64,000 bases of DNA. Origin: a virus (Duplodnaviria > Caudoviricetes). A model generated the notes under the pieces. It worked only from the letters and a program-made list of their open reading frames with translations. It ran no database searches and was not told the DNA's origin. A program made the translations under genes and the position numbers. The stretch is taken from positions 1,497 through 65,496 of IMG/VR virus record IMGVR_UViG_3300025652_000059, one strand, 5' to 3'. Each line of letters opens with the position of its first letter. Positions within the stretch are counted from its first letter, which is position 1. This document shows, in pieces, positions 40,809 to 49,966 of this stretch.

Positions 40809-43800
40809 TACGAAACTCCTGTTTCAGTTGCAATATCTGCAACTAGATTCTGTGTAACTACGTTGTCAGAACGGAATGTTACAATAAGCCCGTTTGTTGA
40901 ATATAGTGGATCTGTCGCAGCCGCATTGTAAGTTATAGTAGGAATAGTTATGTCCAATGCCGAATTCCCAACAACATGAAGCGTTACACTCCTGTACTCA
41001 TTGGGCGCAGTGCCCTGTATCGACCCGACTGTCTTAACTTGATATGTTGTATTCGGTGCTGTAAAGTTGGACGGATTATTGGCGACATCTGTTCCTCCAC
41101 CAGTCATCTGTACGAAGTCTCCAACTTGAGGTACATAATCAAAAGTTGTAAAAACTCCGATTGTATTATTTGAAAAGATTAATGTGCTTGGAGCATAATT
41201 GACGCCCGAAGCATTAACGCCTGGATATGTAACTGAGTTTTGGGTTACATATTCAAAGTCACTCACACCATTAGTCGCTATGAAATTTTGAGACTCTATA
41301 TTATAGTACACGAATTCTGCATCCAGTGTTGTATCAATTACGTTATCACTATTTATCAGTGGAGTAGAGAATAGTTTTGTACCCGCAACACCAACAACAT
41401 CGCTGATAAGTCCTGTGTATTTTTTGGGATCAATGATAGAGGATATATCATATGAATATTCTTGATAGTAATTATTGTCATGAATCTTCTTAGACTCTTC
41501 GCTCAAGAAAGATGTTTTAGATTTCCATCTACCTGCTGTCTTTCCCTGACCCAATGTTCTAATTGTTGCGTCAGCAATCTTTTTACCATAGCTAGGACTA
41601 TCGACTTCTTCATTAAAGATTTCGACAGCCTCACCATCCGTATATCTATATCCTGTCTTAGTTATAGCTACAGTATCTATCTGTCCAGTTTGATATGATG
41701 CCACTCCCTGAACCTTACCATTATTTCCCATAACACTAGATGTCAGGTCTTCTCTTAAACCACTAAATGATTTGAGTACGCCTCCAACCAAAACTTTAGT
41801 TAATAGTACATCATCGTCATCTCTGCTTTCATCGAACTGATAGAAAGACATAGGTCTAAAGTAGAAATCTGATCCAACTCTTTTTAAGAATTTTGCCTTT
41901 GATTCATATGCTATAGTGCCACCAGAAACGTAGTCGAATGAAGTCTCACTATCCTGATAACCAATAGCACCATTAGTCGATGTTGCGGCCAAGTTTTCTA
42001 TCTCAGCTTCAGAAAGGTTACCTGTTAGGCCAACTTCAATATCTGGAATAGTTCTATTCTGAATTATAGTATCTCCAACACTAAGGTTAAAGTCTACAAC
42101 ATCAAAGTTTAAAATAAAGTCATGTTTCTGAAACTTCGAGATTAAGTCAAATTCTATATTAGCGAAAACATCGTTCTGATAGTTAGAACCAGCATTCGAC
42201 ACATTTAACGTATCTAATGAGCCTATAGTAATTGTTATTGGTGAGAACGCATCAGCTATGCTTGTGTTTAGATTTTCTGCATTAGGGCCTGTCATACCAT
42301 AGTCATCGTTCGATGGAATACCATCAGCATCTAACACGACATTTGTAAAATCACCAATCTGATCCGTAATCAATGTGACAGTTTCTTTGTTTCTCACATT
42401 ACCAATATCAAATTGCGCTGTGTCATTAGGAGTTCCCAAACCAACAATGTCGACCGTATTACTAGAGTCGTGATTAACCTCAACAGTAAATGACGGATTC
42501 TGTAGTGCTGTGGGAAAAGCAACTCCTGTCGCTAAAGAGCCTTGGAGATTATCAGCATTGGGAGTCGGTTGAGTCGTCACGGCAGTAAGGGGTGTATAGA
42601 AATCAAGTAGAGTAAGAGCCCTAAGCCATCTCTTTGCTTGCAGTTTTACAGCGTCTGATGCCTCTGGAGTTGCTCCTCCAAAAGCATCATATTTGAAAAG
42701 GGCTGGTGTTCCATATACTGAATATGTTAAGCCGCTTGTGTCGCCATCTGTCTCTTGTAGCTGATTGATATTAGCAATAAATTGTACGTCAATACTATCG
42801 ACAGCACCGTTGTCGTCAATATCTATAGCAGAATTAGTCTCGCCCGCTACAGGAAACGGAGCATTCAGCACAGATGCCCAGTTCTCATATGGAGCATATA
42901 CAGTAGGATCTGTAAATGCGCTTGCACCACCAAACGCCGCAATAGAAGATATTATTTGAGTAAGAAGTCCAGTGGCTGTTGCACCATTTGGTGCTTGAGT
43001 ACTCCATAGTGTGTTATAGTCATCTATGTTTGAACTCTCGACAAATAGTAGAGGATGATTATATTGTATAACTTTTGCATGACCATTCATTACATAAGGA
43101 ACTGCATCAGCATCTCCACTTCCAGTGTAAGTCAATGGAGAGGCATTAGCACTAATAATATCGCCTGGCTTTAGTTGTAACGTGTTAGCATTATTGACAA
43201 TAAGAACTTGATTACTAATCCCTATCTTATTGCTTACAGATATACTACTAGCAGGATCAATGTAACCAAACCCGTCATCAAGAATCCGAAAGTCTATAGA
43301 TCCAGTCTCTTGCTGTGATGTGGTTAATACACGAGCAGTGCCGTCAATACCAGTAAGTGCTGATCGAAGACTAACAGCGTCACCAACTTTCTGATTCGCT
43401 ATTCTGTTTAGTGGGTTAATATTAACTTCACTCACTGATCCAGATATTAATTTACCTACGTTAGTCTCACCATCAGCAGAGAATACGATTATGCCATCAT
43501 CAGCAGAGAATGTTCCAGTTATGTTTGATAGATATATGATAGGAGATAGTGCGCCCGAGAAGTTAACAAAGATTACTTCATCAACGAATGCGCCTGCTTG
43601 AGATAGATCTCCTTTTATTCTATCACCCTTATTAATAGGATAGTCATCTACTTGGAATACAGTACGCATTTCAAGATAAGCGTCTCCTCCCCAAATAGAA
43701 TCCGAAGGCCGCAAAATAGAAGTACTAGGATAGAAGACTTCAATGTCTTGATCAAAGAATATCTTGAACAGCAACTCAAGTGATTCCTGAGTACCCTTTC

Positions 43801-44077
43801 GTGTGTACATATCCTTAATATGCTTGAGTACATATCGAACATCGATAGCGGCATCTAATGGTAAATCAGCAAGATACTTCTTCTTAAAGAATACTATAAA
43901 GGAACTAAGAGTACTATCAATATCACGAAGTTTAGGAACGTCACGATCCATCTTTTCGTCAAGATGCTCATAGTACGCCTCTACAAAGGATATGAGAAAG
44001 TCACCATTTTCCTTATAGACATCTGGAAATTGATCAGCTATCTCTGCATAGATACTACTTCTCAGGTTCAAAGCCAT
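40808..44077 (-). CDS. gp7: baseplate wedge initiator gp7
   Basis: QFPDVYKE..FVEAYYE, YTRKGTQES..LLFKIFF, ILRPSDSIW and IHDNNYYQEYSY. Confidence 0.88.
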   Translation of the reverse strand: MALNLRSSIYAEIADQFPDVYKENGDFLISFVEAYYEHLDEKMDRDVPKLRDIDSTLSSFIVFFKKKYLADLPLDAAIDVRYVLKHIKDMYTRKGTQESLELLFKIFFDQDIEVFYPSTSILRPSDSIWGGDAYLEMRTVFQVDDYPINKGDRIKGDLSQAGAFVDEVIFVNFSGALSPIIYLSNITGTFSADDGIIVFSADGETNVGKLISGSVSEVNINPLNRIANQKVGDAVSLRSALTGIDGTARVLTTSQQETGSIDFRILDDGFGYIDPASSISVSNKIGISNQVLIVNNANTLQLKPGDIISANASPLTYTGSGDADAVPYVMNGHAKVIQYNHPLLFVESSNIDDYNTLWSTQAPNGATATGLLTQIISSIAAFGGASAFTDPTVYAPYENWASVLNAPFPVAGETNSAIDIDDNGAVDSIDVQFIANINQLQETDGDTSGLTYSVYGTPALFKYDAFGGATPEASDAVKLQAKRWLRALTLLDFYTPLTAVTTQPTPNADNLQGSLATGVAFPTALQNPSFTVEVNHDSSNTVDIVGLGTPNDTAQFDIGNVRNKETVTLITDQIGDFTNVVLDADGIPSNDDYGMTGPNAENLNTSIADAFSPITITIGSLDTLNVSNAGSNYQNDVFANIEFDLISKFQKHDFILNFDVVDFNLSVGDTIIQNRTIPDIEVGLTGNLSEAEIENLAATSTNGAIGYQDSETSFDYVSGGTIAYESKAKFLKRVGSDFYFRPMSFYQFDESRDDDDVLLTKVLVGGVLKSFSGLREDLTSSVMGNNGKVQGVASYQTGQIDTVAITKTGYRYTDGEAVEIFNEEVDSPSYGKKIADATIRTLGQGKTAGRWKSKTSFLSEESKKIHDNNYYQEYSYDISSIIDPKKYTGLISDVVGVAGTKLFSTPLINSDNVIDTTLDAEFVYYNIESQNFIATNGVSDFEYVTQNSVTYPGVNASGVNYAPSTLIFSNNTIGVFTTFDYVPQVGDFVQMTGGGTDVANNPSNFTAPNTTYQVKTVGSIQGTAPNEYRSVTLHVVGNSALDITIPTITYNAAATDPLYSTNGLIVTFRSDNVVTQNLVADIATETGVS

Positions 44078-44080
44078 GAA

Positions 44081-45841
44081 TTATGATTCCAATGGAGATA
44101 CAGTTATAAGAACATCTTCACCACGAATCACGATGATACGATCTTTTGGAGGACGAATATCTTTGTTCGTTGTGTTAGCAGTAAACTTAATTGCTTTATT
44201 CTGGAATGAACTAATGTTTAGATTAGATAACTTGATGGCGCCTGTAGTATAATCAACAGTTCCGACAGACGATTTAAACACGCTTTCGACAGTAGTGTCA
44301 CCAGTCACTAGCATAATGTTTCCTTTACCATCATCCTTTGCTGATACAAGTGATCCATCAACAGTAAACTTACTAGATGATACAGCAGGCTTGAATGTAG
44401 TAAAGCCTTCTACGTCATCAAACGGATAAGGTTTAACTAACTCAGACTCAAATGAGAATGATGGACTTGTTGCTAGATTAAGTGTAGGAACATACTCAAT
44501 AATAGGCTTAGCCACAATATCAGAAGATACAATAGATCCATCAACAGTATCAAGGAATGCCGCTAGTCTTGATTGACGAAGTGTCTTATTAAAGTCATTG
44601 AGGTTTGTATTCTGATATGCTATAATAGAGTCATTTAACTCAGATCGAATCTGAGCTGGCGACTTGTTAGTTACATTAGGATCATAGACAACATTAATGT
44701 TAGCACTAACATATAGAAACTTAGCAACAACAAAGACAGGCTCAATTGTTAATGGAGTCTTATCCTTTAGATAGTTCTTGAAGTTAGCAATCTCATAGTC
44801 AGCCGCACCTTCACCACCAGTTACGTCAACTGAGATAATTACTTTTCCGAACTGAGGAGGATCAACTTCATCACCACCATATACAGAGATTGCTTGAATA
44901 TTAGGAAAGCGAGAACGTAGTAGAGTCTCGTAGTCTCGTTTCGTTACTGCTCTCTCTTGTACTTGAAACGCCTTAGGAGCGAACGTCCGAATTGACTCAA
45001 TATCTTCTGCCATCGATCCGCCCGATGTAGCAGTCGTGACATTCACAGTTATAGAACTCGCTCCGCCAAAAGCGCCAATCGTCAATGAAGTTACTCCATT
45101 AGCGGAAGGGCCAGAAGCTATTCTATACTCTGCTTTAATGATATCAGTTGCTGTAGGTTGTACTCCAAACTTGTTCTGTCCAAACTGTAGAGAGTACTTT
45201 CCGTCATTCTCAGGTTGTAGATAGAAGACTTTATCAGTTGAAGAAACACCAAAGATATCACTTCTATATGTGTACGTCTCGTTATTAACAGTGATCTTGA
45301 GAGACCGAGTATCAATAGCATCATTACTGAGAGTCGTATTAGATATCGTGAGAGTCTCCTTAATCACACGGCCTTCAAATAGATCGACATTCTCAATAAC
45401 ATATAGACTATTATCACCATTAGATCGTACAGCAGTATATGCTTTATCCGTTAATAGATTATATGTCTTGTTACCACATCGTCCAATGAACTTAGTATTA
45501 GCAGGAATGTTAAAGTAGTTACTGTCTAGATTGGGGGCGACTACATTAATCGTTGCTTTAGCACCTGCACTACGTCTACTTGTAGGAAGATAGTTAAGTT
45601 CCTTTGCATGGCTCAATACGCTATTACGTTGACTAGCACTATCCAGAAACATCTCGGATATCATCATGTTATAATAGTAGTTGTTATAGAACGTATTATA
45701 TGATAGTACATCAAGTAGCACATTCGTGTTAGAGCCTTCGTAGTCAAAGTCCTTGAAACGATCCTGATTCTTTAGAAACGTCTTGAGTGCTTCTTTCGTT
45801 TCAGCGAAGTCTAAATTTTTTATTGGTGACAAGTTGGCCAT
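44081..45841 (-). CDS. gp6: baseplate wedge subunit gp6
   Basis: LDF..K..LKTFL, FKDFDYEGS..LLDVLSYNT, EMFLDSA, QERAVTKRDY and VYGGDEVDPPQFGKV. Confidence 0.96.
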   Translation of the reverse strand: MANLSPIKNLDFAETKEALKTFLKNQDRFKDFDYEGSNTNVLLDVLSYNTFYNNYYYNMMISEMFLDSASQRNSVLSHAKELNYLPTSRRSAGAKATINVVAPNLDSNYFNIPANTKFIGRCGNKTYNLLTDKAYTAVRSNGDNSLYVIENVDLFEGRVIKETLTISNTTLSNDAIDTRSLKITVNNETYTYRSDIFGVSSTDKVFYLQPENDGKYSLQFGQNKFGVQPTATDIIKAEYRIASGPSANGVTSLTIGAFGGASSITVNVTTATSGGSMAEDIESIRTFAPKAFQVQERAVTKRDYETLLRSRFPNIQAISVYGGDEVDPPQFGKVIISVDVTGGEGAADYEIANFKNYLKDKTPLTIEPVFVVAKFLYVSANINVVYDPNVTNKSPAQIRSELNDSIIAYQNTNLNDFNKTLRQSRLAAFLDTVDGSIVSSDIVAKPIIEYVPTLNLATSPSFSFESELVKPYPFDDVEGFTTFKPAVSSSKFTVDGSLVSAKDDGKGNIMLVTGDTTVESVFKSSVGTVDYTTGAIKLSNLNISSFQNKAIKFTANTTNKDIRPPKDRIIVIRGEDVLITVSPLES

Positions 45842-45845
45842 GTGT

Positions 45846-46253
45846 CTATCTTACCCTATTAAGATCAATTGTAAGTTCTGAAGTGTTACTAGTATTTATC
45901 ACAGAGAATACTATTCTTACTCTCAGATCGTTTGTGTCTATGTTAGCTTCAACTTCTACGTTGTGTAGATTACATCTTGGTTCATATGTATTAATCGTAT
46001 ATCGAATATTGTCTTTCAGTAGTAATATAGTATTGGGATCTATGTTCTCAAACAATGATCCTCGTATATCACATCCTATATTAGGCTGAAATAAACGCTC
46101 TCCACGATCCGTCATAACGAGATTATGTATGCTCTCTTTTACAGCATTCTCGTTAATACGTCTACTCAGATCCTTACGGCCAGGTATCTGCTCTAGATTC
46201 CTTGTGAAATCAGAGAAGAACTCTTGTGATCGTGTGCGTGGCGTTAATGACAT
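45846..46253 (-). CDS. gp25: baseplate wedge subunit gp25
   Basis: NENAVKESIHNLVMT..GERLFQPNIG..LFE and YEPR. Confidence 0.95.
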   Translation of the reverse strand: MSLTPRTRSQEFFSDFTRNLEQIPGRKDLSRRINENAVKESIHNLVMTDRGERLFQPNIGCDIRGSLFENIDPNTILLLKDNIRYTINTYEPRCNLHNVEVEANIDTNDLRVRIVFSVINTSNTSELTIDLNRVR

Positions 46254-46273
46254 TTCTTTTATCCTTTATAGTG

Positions 46274-46281
46274 TATTTATA
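46274..46281 (-). promoter_or_regulatory. T4-type late promoter for gp25-gp6 and downstream genes
   Basis: TATAAATA on the minus strand just upstream of gp25. Confidence 0.85.
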
Positions 46282-46283
46282 TG

Positions 46284-48242
46284 CTATGCTTTAGGTCGTT
46301 TGCCTGATTTATCAAACTCTTCTAGTTCTTCTTTTGTCATCTGACGTATTGACTTTAAACCTCTACTATTATATGATGCATCAACCTCTCTCATTATACT
46401 CTCAGACTCAAAAGATCTTGCAGAATCATTCTTCTGTCTTTCACTCCTAAGTTGTTTAAAATACTGGGCAGTCTGCTCTTCAGTTAAGTCTTCAGTAGCT
46501 ATTGTACTTAAATCAATTATCTCGACTTCCTCCCCTTCATCACGAACCTTTCTATGTCCATCACTATCATGCTTATTCATAATCTTCTTGATATCAGCTA
46601 GATCGGTACCTGCGAATTGTTCAGTAGGAGATATATCAATTCCCTTATCTCCGGCCACCCATGATCTTCTTGTTCCTACGTCTAGATGAAGGAATGTCTT
46701 ATATACTCCTATGCCTGAGAATCCGGCTTTACTGGCGGCTATAATAGTATCTTTTCTATTCTTATCATTGATAGAAATATCTACAGCAAATCCTGTTAGA
46801 TGTATGTGATTAGATGTACCGCCCATAGTAGCAGTTGTATTAGTCTTCTTCTTCACTCCATTAGTGACTTCATACTCTGTATCTGTCGCTTTAACAATAC
46901 GCAGTAACTTACTCCATACAGAGTTATCGACATCCTGCCATTCTTTATTCTTGACAACACTAGAAGAAAATGTTATACTAGCGCCTAGTCCTGCATCACT
47001 AATCTTATTAATAATCTCCATCTCTTCTTGTGTTGGACAAGGATCTGTGATATGATCTTTAGGCACTTTAGACTTCTTAGACTCTTCGTTATTCTTCTTA
47101 ATGACCTCCTCACGCTTCTTGAGACGCTCCGCAGGCGCCACTCGTACTGCTCCATTCTCTACAGCTTTCATAGTCTGTTTAAGTCCTGCTGACTCTAATG
47201 CCCTTGTCTCGTTCTGTGTTACAATAGCGATTCTCTGTACTTCATTCGCATCTCCCATAAGAAGTGCTTGTAACTGCTCAGTAAATCGGCATAGCTGATA
47301 CATAAGCATAAGAGCATTCTCTAGTGTCAGACGTTGAAAGTTGGCCACCATGTTATTAATGAATGTATCAATCTCGTCTCTAATACGCTTTATATTCTCT
47401 TCAGAGAAGAACTCGTTAATCTGATCTATCTTCTTTCTCATCTTCTTAAAGAAAGCCTTACTCGCACACCCCATATTCTTGAGTTGTGGAATAATGCTAT
47501 TAACAGTCTTGAGAACTTGACGCTTGATCTTCTCAACTAGCTTTTTAATAGTGTCCTTAATCTTCTTCTTAATGGCATCGATCTTTAGCTTCTGTGCTAG
47601 TTGAATAGCAAGCTTCTTAGGATCAAGATCTTTAATCTTAGCTAACGTAGCATTCAGCGTATCAAGTAATTGAAATACTCCAAGCAACTGCATAAGAGCA
47701 TTTCCGAATGCACCACAAGTACCCGCACTAATAGATGCTCCTAGATTCTGATTATAGTAGAAGTCAAGATCTCCTAATAGGCCACCTATGAACGCATCCG
47801 TTAACTGATTACTATTTGCCCCACCTAGTCCTCCGTCTTTTGAACTATATCCCACAAAGGGCCCTAGAGTGTTTCCACCCCCTGATCCAGTATTCTTTCC
47901 TCCGTTTCCTTCCTGAAAGTTGTTCAATCCGTTAAGAAGATCATTAACATTTTCATTATTATTGATAGCAAATGCCGCTATCTCAGTAAACGTCAGAGGA
48001 AACTGATCGAATCTTTCCTTGAGTGTATCAAATCCAGTTAGATCAGATGCTCCCAATAACCCATTTAATCCATTTGTCAAGTCAATAATAGCATTACGAT
48101 TTAACCCGGCCGATCCGAATGGATCAGTATCATCAATCAGAGACGATACATCAATGAGATTATCGAATAGCGCACTGTCATTCCCCAGAGTAGATCCGGC
48201 TTTGCCCGCTAGTGGTGTTGTGTTATCACATTCTATTGACAT
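46284..48242 (-). CDS. coiled-coil protein with a C-terminal peptidase M15A-like (peptidoglycan hydrolase) domain
   Basis: NHIHLTGFAVDI...AGFSGIGVYKTFLHLDVG.RRSW zinc-peptidase motifs; located between gp5 and gp25. Confidence 0.8.
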   Translation of the reverse strand: MSIECDNTTPLAGKAGSTLGNDSALFDNLIDVSSLIDDTDPFGSAGLNRNAIIDLTNGLNGLLGASDLTGFDTLKERFDQFPLTFTEIAAFAINNNENVNDLLNGLNNFQEGNGGKNTGSGGGNTLGPFVGYSSKDGGLGGANSNQLTDAFIGGLLGDLDFYYNQNLGASISAGTCGAFGNALMQLLGVFQLLDTLNATLAKIKDLDPKKLAIQLAQKLKIDAIKKKIKDTIKKLVEKIKRQVLKTVNSIIPQLKNMGCASKAFFKKMRKKIDQINEFFSEENIKRIRDEIDTFINNMVANFQRLTLENALMLMYQLCRFTEQLQALLMGDANEVQRIAIVTQNETRALESAGLKQTMKAVENGAVRVAPAERLKKREEVIKKNNEESKKSKVPKDHITDPCPTQEEMEIINKISDAGLGASITFSSSVVKNKEWQDVDNSVWSKLLRIVKATDTEYEVTNGVKKKTNTTATMGGTSNHIHLTGFAVDISINDKNRKDTIIAASKAGFSGIGVYKTFLHLDVGTRRSWVAGDKGIDISPTEQFAGTDLADIKKIMNKHDSDGHRKVRDEGEEVEIIDLSTIATEDLTEEQTAQYFKQLRSERQKNDSARSFESESIMREVDASYNSRGLKSIRQMTKEELEEFDKSGKRPKA

Positions 48243-48269
48243 ATTTCTCTCTTTTCTTTAAATTAATTG

Positions 48270-48297
48270 TTGACAATGTACAAATTTGTGTTATAAT
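48270..48297 (+). promoter_or_regulatory. consensus sigma70-type promoter, antisense to gp5
   Basis: TTGACA-16 nt-TATAAT with extended -10 TG and an AT-rich upstream segment. Confidence 0.75.
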
Positions 48298-48318
48298 AGA
48301 AGTTGCAACCTTTATATT

Positions 48319-49890
48319 CTAATCTAAGTTATCTCCCGATCCCATAACTCCTGTTATGATCGGCTTCAATCTCTCTACTAATCTCTTCAGTTTAGGGAAC
48401 AATGAATTAGTTATCTCAGGTGGCTTGACAACAGCGGCTAATTCTGTTACACTTATATTAGGAACTGCTCCTAATGCACTCTGTACTATCTGAGGAGCAA
48501 GAGACGATGTTACTGTTCCTGTCGCTAATCCACCTGTAGCACTTGCTGTTGCGTTACCAATATTAACTAATGCTCCGTCTAGATTCACAAGGGCACCCGC
48601 CCCCAATCCAAGCTGTGCTGTTGAGTGGATATCTAATGTTCCGATACTCTTGATTCCAAGTGCGGCACCACTATTTATTCCCATGATTCCCAAAGCATTA
48701 ATGTTCATAGTCGCAAGTGCATCAATTCTTAACGATGTCTTACTACTAATGTCAACCCCAAGATGAGCAACATCTGGATAAGGAAGTATCTGTGACGATA
48801 TAGCAGGCGTTCCTGTACTATGTATCTTCGTGTAAGCAAGACTATACATATTTGTCTTATATGAGTCAACATGAAAGTCTCCTCCATCTCCTGCTATATT
48901 GCCCGGCATGAGACACTTGAAGTACATTCCTCCCAGGTTCGTCATTGCTTTTAGATTTGCTTGAGCCACCATATTGATATCATCTGAAGTAGCATGAAGT
49001 CCAATGCCTGCTCCTGATACATTCGTTTTAAGTGCGCTGTGTAGATTAATATTACGAGCGGCTCTTACATTAAAGTCATTACACTCGATATCAAGGTCGC
49101 CTTTAATCTTAATCGTTCCTGACTTTCCTACTTGTAATGTATAGTCTTCGCTAATGTTCTGATCTAATGAACCTTGAACATTCGTTGCTTCACATCCCTC
49201 TGTTGAGTTATACTTGTCTCCAAATGCTTTAATAAAGACTGTGCCGTTAGCATCTATCTGTACAACTGATCCTGAACTATGAGAGATTAAAAAGTAATCA
49301 CTAGCATCTCCATCTTCTGCTGATCCCAATACAATGAAGTTATCGCCGTCTTTTGATTGGATCACTCGATTATTATAGTTATTCTCAGGCATCATAATAG
49401 CGGGTTCATCAAACGATCCCCCATCAGCAGTCTCTATATTACTTCTCTGATAGACTCGTTGATTCACTCCCTGTCCCATTGCGGCATCTTCTCCAGTCAC
49501 ATATCGATGACAATGTGGCTCGCCCCATTTATGAATCGCTTCTGGAGGAGTGTATCCGTCTTCTCCAGGCTCCCCTGATCCTGCTGGAAATGACAAATTC
49601 ATCCCCGGTAGTCTGCCCATAACGATGGGTTGTTGTGCTTCTCGTCCATCAATAAAGAATCCAAACACCCAGTCTCCAACACTAGGAATGATAGGAGACG
49701 TTCCATAAGTTCCATCTAATACAGTGGCCCAAGGAAGATACGCTGTAGGAACACTATCTTCATTCGTCTTAGCATCACGAGGAGGATGTATTCCAAACGC
49801 TCTTACTCTCACCCGCCCACTATTTGTTAGATCATGAGCGTCTTCTACGACTCCCACAAAGTGTAACATATTGTCAAAACCTGCACTCAT
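48319..49890 (-). CDS. gp5: baseplate hub / spike protein gp5 (no lysozyme domain)
   Basis: OB fold FVGVVED..D...GRVRVRAFGIH...LPWA...GDWVFGFFIDG...QQPIVMG, then HSSGS.VQID..G and beta-helix repeats. Confidence 0.93.
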   Translation of the reverse strand: MSAGFDNMLHFVGVVEDAHDLTNSGRVRVRAFGIHPPRDAKTNEDSVPTAYLPWATVLDGTYGTSPIIPSVGDWVFGFFIDGREAQQPIVMGRLPGMNLSFPAGSGEPGEDGYTPPEAIHKWGEPHCHRYVTGEDAAMGQGVNQRVYQRSNIETADGGSFDEPAIMMPENNYNNRVIQSKDGDNFIVLGSAEDGDASDYFLISHSSGSVVQIDANGTVFIKAFGDKYNSTEGCEATNVQGSLDQNISEDYTLQVGKSGTIKIKGDLDIECNDFNVRAARNINLHSALKTNVSGAGIGLHATSDDINMVAQANLKAMTNLGGMYFKCLMPGNIAGDGGDFHVDSYKTNMYSLAYTKIHSTGTPAISSQILPYPDVAHLGVDISSKTSLRIDALATMNINALGIMGINSGAALGIKSIGTLDIHSTAQLGLGAGALVNLDGALVNIGNATASATGGLATGTVTSSLAPQIVQSALGAVPNISVTELAAVVKPPEITNSLFPKLKRLVERLKPIITGVMGSGDNLD

Positions 49891-49915
49891 GAATCAAATT
49901 CCTTTAAAATATTTG

Positions 49916-49943
49916 TTGACAAACCGCAAAAATGTGTTATAAT
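49916..49943 (+). promoter_or_regulatory. consensus sigma70-type promoter, antisense to the gp27-like gene
   Basis: TTGACA-16 nt-TATAAT with extended -10; flanks nearly identical to the 48270 element. Confidence 0.75.
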
Positions 49944-49966
49944 GGAAGTAACAACCGAAGCATTCA

